Part shown: in pieces, positions 57,973-64,000 of the stretch
Numbering within the stretch: the first letter of the stretch is position 1
How the letters are laid out: each line of letters starts with the position of its first letter
Source: a candidate division WOR-3 bacterium
GTDB taxonomy: Bacteria > Hydrothermota > Tepidihabitantia > Tepidihabitantales > CAIPLT01
Length of the DNA: 64,000 bases
Reading direction: 5' to 3'
Assembly (NCBI GenBank): GCA_039801505.1
Contig: JBDRUV010000001.1
Location: 275,681-339,680, forward strand
The notes under the pieces: generated by a model
Database searches by the model: none
The model's input: only the letters and a program-made list of their open reading frames with translations
Told to the model about the DNA's origin: nothing
Program-made: the position numbers and the translations under genes

Positions 57973-58746
57973 TCAAAAGTCAATCTTTTTCGCTTTTCTA
58001 GGGCCTTGTTTAATCTTTTCCCAAATTCGATCCATTTCTTTTAAAGTAACTTGGTGTAAGTTTTTATTTTGATCCTTAAAATGTTTTTCAAGCTTAGAAA
58101 ATCTATCTATAAATTTTTTGTTAGCTTTATTTAAAACCTCCTCGGCATCGAGTCCTAAATGTCTGGTGAGATTAACCAAGGCAAAATAGAGGTCGCCGAG
58201 TTCTTCTTCGATCGCCTTTTTATTACTAGTTTGCATCGCCGATCCTAATTCTTTAATTTCTTCGATGATTTTTTTAAAGACCTCTTCTTTCTTTTTCCAG
58301 TCAAAGCCGACGCGCGCGACGCGTTCTTGAATTAATTGAGCACGCCTGAGCGCCGGAAGCGTTTTTGGAATACGCTCAAGCATCGGAATATTACTTTCTT
58401 TGGTTTTAATTACCTCCCAGCGCGAAAGAACCTCGTCAGCATTTTTTATTCGATGGTTACTAAAGACATGGGGATGACGCGTAATAATTTTCTTTACGGT
58501 AAATGATTCGATTTCGCTAAAGTCGATTTTCTTTTTCTCGTTAAGAATATTAGCCACAAACAATGTGGTAAAAATTAAATCCCCAATTTCCTCTGTAATT
58601 TTTTGGTAATCTCTGGTGAGTAATGCTTCATCTAGTTCGTATGCTTCGTTTAAAATATAACGCCGTGATGATTTAACAGTTTGCTTTCGATCCCAAGGAC
58701 ATTTTTTTCGTAAAATTTTAATAAGTTCTAAATATTTTTCAAACAT
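57973..58746 (-). CDS. mazG: Nucleoside triphosphate pyrophosphohydrolase MazG (tandem MazG domains)
   Basis: E..EE..EL..A and EE.GD motifs repeated twice. Confidence 0.8.
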   Translation of the reverse strand: MFEKYLELIKILRKKCPWDRKQTVKSSRRYILNEAYELDEALLTRDYQKITEEIGDLIFTTLFVANILNEKKKIDFSEIESFTVKKIITRHPHVFSNHRIKNADEVLSRWEVIKTKESNIPMLERIPKTLPALRRAQLIQERVARVGFDWKKKEEVFKKIIEEIKELGSAMQTSNKKAIEEELGDLYFALVNLTRHLGLDAEEVLNKANKKFIDRFSKLEKHFKDQNKNLHQVTLKEMDRIWEKIKQGPRKAKKIDF

Positions 58747-58847
58747 GTTTTAAGTATAGAGAATTATTAGAAAATAATCAATACATGTCTTGACTTTTCA
58801 GTAATCTCTAATTAATCTTTATGGTGACTAAATAATGGAGGCAGTTA

Positions 58848-60119
58848 ATGCATAATGCTAAGACCTTAAAAGAAGTTGATCCGGAAATTTTTGAGGTTAT
58901 AAAAAATGAAACGCGTCGCGAGCATGAAACTTTAGAATTGATCGCCTCAGAAAACTTCTGTTCTGAAGCCGTACTTGCAGCATTGGGGTCGGTTTTAACC
59001 AACAAATACGCTGAAGGCTTGCCCCAAAAACGTTACTACGGCGGTTGTGAATTCGTCGATATCGGTGAAAGTTTGGCGATCGAACGCGCTAAAAAACTTT
59101 TCGGTGCTGAACATGTCAATGTGCAGCCTCATTCTGGAACTCAAGCCAATATGATCGCCTATTTGGCTTTAGCCAATCCTGGAGATACTATAATGGGGCT
59201 AAATCTCGCACATGGGGGCCATCTTTCTCACGGCCATCCTATTAACTTTTCGGGAAAATATTTTAGGGTAGTTCATTATGGGGTGGATCCCCAGACTGAG
59301 ACTATTGATTATGACGCCGTTCGTAAACTAGCCCAAGAACATAAACCCAAGATTATTGTAACTGGGGCATCAGCCTACCCCCGATATTTTTACTTTGATA
59401 AATTTCAAGAAATTTGTGAAGAAATTGGTGCTTATCAAGTTGCAGATATCGCCCATACTGCCGGTTTAGTTGCCTGCGGACTTCATCCCAGTCCGGTCCC
59501 CTATGCTGATATTGTAACGACAACCACGCATAAAACCTTAAGGGGGCCACGCGGTGCAATCATTATGTGCAAGGCCAAATACGCTGAAATAGTTGATAAA
59601 ACGACCTTTCCGGGGGTTCAGGGTGGTCCCTTAGAACATGTGATTGCAGCCAAGGCGGTCGCGTTTAAGGAGGCCCTCTCAGAAGATTTTAAGCACTATC
59701 AAATGCAAGTTGTAAAGAATGCGAAAGCCTTAGCAGAAGAGCTTATGCGATTAGGCTACCGATTAGTTGCTGGAGGAACTGATACCCATCTAATGTTGGT
59801 AGATCTTCGAAGTAAAAATGTTACTGGTCGTGATGCCGAGACTGCCCTGGGCAATGCCGGGATCACTGTTAACCGTAATACAATTCCTTACGATCCTCAA
59901 AAACCATTTATCGCTTCAGGCATCAGGCTTGGGACACCGGCATTGACTACCCGTGGTATGAAAGAGACCGAAATGAAAAAGATTGCTCACTTGATTGATA
60001 AAGTACTCGTTAATATTGGTAATGAAAAGATTTATCAAGAAGTTAAAAACGAGGTAAAAGAGCTTACCGAAGCCTTTCCGCTTTACAAAGAGAGACGAGA
60101 ATTATATGAAAAACTTTAG
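58848..60119 (+). CDS. glyA: Serine hydroxymethyltransferase
   Basis: LIASENF...; PLP-lysine motif [13 protein letters not shown]. Confidence 0.9.
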   Translation: MHNAKTLKEVDPEIFEVIKNETRREHETLELIASENFCSEAVLAALGSVLTNKYAEGLPQKRYYGGCEFVDIGESLAIERAKKLFGAEHVNVQPHSGTQANMIAYLALANPGDTIMGLNLAHGGHLSHGHPINFSGKYFRVVHYGVDPQTETIDYDAVRKLAQEHKPKIIVTGASAYPRYFYFDKFQEICEEIGAYQVADIAHTAGLVACGLHPSPVPYADIVTTTTHKTLRGPRGAIIMCKAKYAEIVDKTTFPGVQGGPLEHVIAAKAVAFKEALSEDFKHYQMQVVKNAKALAEELMRLGYRLVAGGTDTHLMLVDLRSKNVTGRDAETALGNAGITVNRNTIPYDPQKPFIASGIRLGTPALTTRGMKETEMKKIAHLIDKVLVNIGNEKIYQEVKNEVKELTEAFPLYKERRELYEKL

Positions 60120-61368
60120 TGGAAACAAAATTAGTCAAATCTGGGCTCGAGAAATTTTAGATTCCCGAGGTAACCCGACCTTAGAAGTTCGATGCTGCTT
60201 AGAATCCGGAATCGATGTGTCGGCATCAGTACCATCAGGTGCTTCGGTGGGACAATATGAAGCCCTAGAGCTTCGTGACAATGATCCCAAACGATATTTT
60301 GGTAAGGGGGTTCTAAAAGCAATAGAAAATGTCAATAAAATAATTGGACCAGCGCTAGTTGGCAAACAGGTTTTAAACCAAGAAAAAATCGATCGCTATT
60401 TGTTAGAACTGGATGGAACACCGAATAAATCAAAACTAGGAGCGAATGCGATTTTGGGCGTTTCCATGGCTGTCGCCCGAGCCGGTGCGGAATTTTTGGG
60501 TATACCGTTGTACCGATATTTAGGGGGAGTTATTCCCAAGCGGCTACCAACTCCCATGCTTAATGTGATAAATGGTGGGATTCATGCACCTAATAATCTT
60601 GATTTACAAGAATATATGATTGTTCCGCAGACAAGCTATTCATTTCCTGAACAAATACGAATCAGTGTTGAAGTCTATCATACATTAAAAAAAGTACTGG
60701 CCGAGAGAAATAAAGCTACAGCAATTGGGGACGAGGGGGGATTTGCGGCTGATTTTTCCTCTAACGAAGAACCTTTAAGTGTAATTATTGAAAGTATTGA
60801 ACGTGCTGGCTATGAACCTGGAAAGGACCTTTTTTTAGCCATAGATGCGGCAGCAAGCGAATTTTATCGTGACGGTAAATATCATCTTAAGTTAGATGAT
60901 AAATTATTTGATCCCGAAAAATTGCTTAGGATGTATGAAAACTGGATAAATACTTACCCGATCATTTCTATTGAAGATGGATTTGCCCAGGACGATGAAG
61001 TGGGATGGCGAATTTTTACTAAAGAATTAGGCAGAAAGATCCAGATAGTTGGGGACGACATATTTGTTACAAACCTTCTTCGGCTTCGTCGTGGTTATGA
61101 ACAGGGTATTGCTAATGCCATACTTATTAAATTAAATCAGATTGGCACGGTAAGCGAAACTTTGGAATGTATAAAGTATGCCTACGAAATAGGATACAAG
61201 CCGATAATTTCACACCGTTCTGGAGAAACCGAGGATACTTTTATTAGTGACCTAGCGGTATCGGTAAGCGTCCCCTACATCAAGACCGGTGCTCCAGCTC
61301 GGGGTGAACGGGTATGTAAGTACAACCGGTTATTGCTTATCGACTCAGAACTTAAACAGGAATCGTAA
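60106..61368 (+). CDS. eno: Enolase
   Basis: [16 protein letters not shown]-terminus; enolase signature [10 protein letters not shown]. Confidence 0.9.
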   Translation: MKNFSGNKISQIWAREILDSRGNPTLEVRCCLESGIDVSASVPSGASVGQYEALELRDNDPKRYFGKGVLKAIENVNKIIGPALVGKQVLNQEKIDRYLLELDGTPNKSKLGANAILGVSMAVARAGAEFLGIPLYRYLGGVIPKRLPTPMLNVINGGIHAPNNLDLQEYMIVPQTSYSFPEQIRISVEVYHTLKKVLAERNKATAIGDEGGFAADFSSNEEPLSVIIESIERAGYEPGKDLFLAIDAAASEFYRDGKYHLKLDDKLFDPEKLLRMYENWINTYPIISIEDGFAQDDEVGWRIFTKELGRKIQIVGDDIFVTNLLRLRRGYEQGIANAILIKLNQIGTVSETLECIKYAYEIGYKPIISHRSGETEDTFISDLAVSVSVPYIKTGAPARGERVCKYNRLLLIDSELKQES

Positions 61369-61682
61369 TGTATTTACAGTCTAATTTTCAAAAAAAATTA
61401 AAACAACGTCGATATCAAAAGCGCGGTCGAATAAATTCAATGCTTATTATCTGGGGCATCACGGTTTTAATATTAATGGTGTTTCTGTTTAATCCCTCAG
61501 GAATAGTAAGACTTTTATATCAAAAAAGCACGATAAAAAAAATGAGCAATGAAATTGAACAACTTAAACTTAAGGCTGAACTTATTGAGGCTAAGCTTGA
61601 TAAAGTTAATAACGACGAGTATTTAAAGAAATTCTTACAAGACTTTTGTAAATTCGTTCCTGTAGAGAGCGTTCCAAAATAA
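61368..61682 (+). CDS. ftsB: Septum formation initiator (FtsB/DivIC family)
   Basis: 104 aa; basic N-terminus, one TM, then a coiled coil (EIEQLKLKAELIEAKLDK). Conserved position immediately downstream of eno. Confidence 0.6.
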   Translation: MYLQSNFQKKLKQRRYQKRGRINSMLIIWGITVLILMVFLFNPSGIVRLLYQKSTIKKMSNEIEQLKLKAELIEAKLDKVNNDEYLKKFLQDFCKFVPVESVPK

Positions 61683-61684
61683 CA

Positions 61685-63139
61685 ATGTGTGGGGTAATTG
61701 GGATAATTGCAGATTACGAAGTGGCCCATGATTTGTATGTTGGACTATATGCTCTTCAGCATCGTGGCCAGACTTCAGCTGGTATTATTACTTATGATAC
61801 AACTTTTCATTTAAAAAAAGGTAACGGGCTTGTTAGTAAAGTTTTCAACGAAAAAAATCTTGCGCGCTTAAAAGGGAAAATCGGTATCGGGCAGGTTCGT
61901 TATCCAACCATTGGTCCAGGAAATGAAGAAGATGCCCAACCTTTTATGGTCAACGCACCCTTAGGTATAGCGATGGCTCACAACGGCAATGTTACTAACT
62001 ACTGGGAACTTCGCGAAGAACTTGCTAATAAATGTTTTCGGCATTTAACTTCTTACTCTGATGTTGAAGTTATACTTAATGTTTTTGCTGACGAATTATC
62101 GATACAGTCTCTTCATAAATTTTCGTTTGATATTCTGGTTAAAGCAATTAGGGGAGTATTTAATAGAGTTAAGGGAAGTTATTCTGTGGTTGGATTTATT
62201 GCCCAACAAGGACTTTTTGCATTTCGCGACCCCTATGGAATAAAACCGCTCTGTTTAGGAAAAAGGGGGAGTAATTATATCTTGGCATCTGAATCCGCTG
62301 CGATTGATCACTTAGGATACCAATTTTTACGAGATGTTTTACCTGGGGAAATCGTATTTATTGATAATAAAAGAAAACTGTACAGCAAAATAATAGAGAC
62401 TAAGGTAGCTACTCCGTGTATTTTTGAATGGGTTTATTTTGCCCGACCGGACTCAATAATTGATAATATTGAAGTATATAGTGCTCGGGAACGCTTAGGA
62501 GAAAAACTTGGCTTGGCGTGTCGCCAATTAAATTTAAGTCCAGATGTTGTAATTCCAGTCCCGGATTCTGGACGAGGTGCAGCTCAAGCCGTCGCAAGGA
62601 TTTTGGGTGTTCCCCAGAAAGAAGGCTTAATTAAAAATTATTATATTGGACGAACCTTCATAATGCCTAAACATTCACAACGGGTTAATTCTGTAACCAT
62701 CAAATTAAACGTTGTAAAAAGTGTAATAGCCCGCAAAAAAGTATTAGTAGTAGATGACAGTATCGTCCGAGGAACCACTGCCCAGCAAATTGTAAGGTTG
62801 CTTAGGCGAGCTAAAGCATCCAAAGTATATTATGCGGTAACTTGTCCACCCATACGATATCCTTGTGTGTATGGTATAGATATGATGACTCGGGGTGAAT
62901 TCATTGCACGAGATATGTCGCTTGAGGATATAAGACGAAAGATTGGAGCCGATGTATTAATTTATCAAACCCTTGAAGATATGTGTGATGCAATTAGGGA
63001 CCAAGACAAAAATCAAAACCAAAAATTTTGTACAGCGTGTTATACGGGAATTTATCCCACCGGGATTTCAACTAAGCAAATATTAAAACTAGAAAAAGAA
63101 AGGTTAAAGGCAACAGCCGACAAAAAATCAAGGAGTTAA
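61685..63139 (+). CDS. purF: Amidophosphoribosyltransferase
   Basis: N-terminal MCGVIGI (Cys1 Ntn glutaminase) plus a PRTase domain. Confidence 0.9.
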   Translation: MCGVIGIIADYEVAHDLYVGLYALQHRGQTSAGIITYDTTFHLKKGNGLVSKVFNEKNLARLKGKIGIGQVRYPTIGPGNEEDAQPFMVNAPLGIAMAHNGNVTNYWELREELANKCFRHLTSYSDVEVILNVFADELSIQSLHKFSFDILVKAIRGVFNRVKGSYSVVGFIAQQGLFAFRDPYGIKPLCLGKRGSNYILASESAAIDHLGYQFLRDVLPGEIVFIDNKRKLYSKIIETKVATPCIFEWVYFARPDSIIDNIEVYSARERLGEKLGLACRQLNLSPDVVIPVPDSGRGAAQAVARILGVPQKEGLIKNYYIGRTFIMPKHSQRVNSVTIKLNVVKSVIARKKVLVVDDSIVRGTTAQQIVRLLRRAKASKVYYAVTCPPIRYPCVYGIDMMTRGEFIARDMSLEDIRRKIGADVLIYQTLEDMCDAIRDQDKNQNQKFCTACYTGIYPTGISTKQILKLEKERLKATADKKSRS

Positions 63140-63140
63140 T

Positions 63141-64000
63141 GTGAGTTTCAACCTGAGTTTGAAGTTAATAAGTTCAATAGCGTTCTTTATAGCTAGTGCA
63201 TGGGCATTAACACCTCCGGAATCTGTAACAGCTCAAGATAATCCTAATGATGCCGGGCAAAAGATACTAATTAAATGGACACTATCAATGGATGATTCTA
63301 TTTTGGACGGCTATCGGGTTTTACGACGAAAAGAGAATGAAACGGAGGCAGAAGTTGTTGGATTCGTAGGCCGAGGACGTAATTATTATGTTGATGAAAA
63401 TGCGATTGATACTATAAAGTATGCATATCAAATAGTAGCAGTATATGACACAATCACCAGTCCATCGACATGGTCAAATTACACCAAATCGTCCCCCCAG
63501 TGGATTCATACTCAAAGAATTGATGTTATCATCTTTACACTTGTTTTTACTTTTTTAATTTTATATTTTATTAACCAAGCACGCAAAGGACAGGAGTTAT
63601 TTATCAGAAAAATTGCTGGCCTATTAGCAGTTGAAGAAGCTGTCGGGCGAGCGACAGAAATGGGGAAACCTATTCTTTATGTGCCTGGACTTACTGGAAT
63701 AAACGATGTTGCCACTATTGCAGCTATGAATATTTTGGGAGAAGTTGCGAAAAAGGTAGCACTGTATGATTCGCAGTTAATTGTACCTAATACTGATCCA
63801 ATAGTTTATACGGTTGCCCAACAGATTGTGAAAGAAGCCTATACCCAAATGGGCCGGCCGGATGCATTTAAGGCTGATTCGGTATACTTTGTTACCGATA
63901 GTCAATTTGCCTATGCAGCAGCCGTCGATGGTATTATGACTCGAGAAAAGCCGGCGACCAATTTTTTTATGGGATACTTTTATGCTGAGGCCCTAATTTT
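63141..64000 (+). CDS. Hypothetical membrane protein, 3' partial: signal peptide, Fn3-like ectodomain, one TM, then a cytoplasmic domain
   Basis: GTG start 6 nt after an AAGGAG SD; the frame is open to the window end. Confidence 0.4.
   Translation, partial: MSFNLSLKLISSIAFFIASAWALTPPESVTAQDNPNDAGQKILIKWTLSMDDSILDGYRVLRRKENETEAEVVGFVGRGRNYYVDENAIDTIKYAYQIVAVYDTITSPSTWSNYTKSSPQWIHTQRIDVIIFTLVFTFLILYFINQARKGQELFIRKIAGLLAVEEAVGRATEMGKPILYVPGLTGINDVATIAAMNILGEVAKKVALYDSQLIVPNTDPIVYTVAQQIVKEAYTQMGRPDAFKADSVYFVTDSQFAYAAAVDGIMTREKPATNFFMGYFYAEALI

Noticed and set aside
513-62823. Numerous 60-110-aa ORFs antisense to or embedded in large genes (e.g. 513-785, 1741-1983, 4353-4547, 19109-19402, 25679-25861, 40205-40516, 52411-52942, 60131-60365)
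   Set aside because: They lie entirely within well-supported longer CDSs on the opposite strand or in another frame. They have no SD and only low-complexity translations.

Overview
This 64 kb window comes from a low-GC (~38-40%) Gram-negative bacterium. It uses E. coli-like sigma70 promoters (TTGACA-16/17-TATAAT) and has type IX secretion (T9SS) features: a Por C-terminal sorting domain cargo protein and a PorP/PorQ-like outer-membrane beta-barrel. That points to an FCB-group-like, probably uncultivated, lineage.

Most of the window is densely packed housekeeping genes. These are nrdR-nrdD, an NSS transporter, htrA, purB, a TetR-controlled RND efflux operon, ribD-ribE, pyrB-pyrC, the mreBCD-mrdA-rodA-rlmN cell-shape cluster, accA, era, rimO, dprA, obg, coaD, rsmD, tsaD, rpmJ-infA-map-adk, mazG, glyA, eno, ftsB and purF. 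There are also two tRNAs, Met-CAT and Gln-CTG.

The one clearly accessory region is ~8.04-12.7 kb, inserted between the NSS transporter and htrA. It contains:
- a 33-bp iteron-like tandem array (AAAAGTATATATA x4);
- strong-SD mini-uORFs;
- two tandem paralogous classic-clade AAA+ ATPases with divergent ~250-aa N-terminal domains but 100% identical nucleotide tracts (~320 bp and ~68 bp) in their ATPase halves, which indicates gene conversion;
- an A9 tract in the first paralog that splits the gene exactly at a canonical -1 slippery heptamer (A AAA AAA/AAC). A -1 ribosomal frameshift or a +1A transcriptional slip would make a full-length ATPase, and the unshifted product is an N-domain-only form carrying Walker A but no Walker B.

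A second unusual signal is a family of GC-rich hairpin-forming elements, with six copies in intergenic regions. They share the words GGTAGGGG, TACGGTCCCC, CCGTATCGGG and TACACAGT. Two copies flank the first AAA cassette, and two sit ~160 bp upstream of the two tRNA genes.

Other notes: the T9SS CARDB/Kelch giant protein is 5'-truncated by the window edge; a TetR operator palindrome and a candidate nrdR operator were found; rpmJ and a 46-aa membrane ORF after the NSS transporter are missing from the ORF track; a tandem-duplicated GxxExxY PD-(D/E)xK protein is present.
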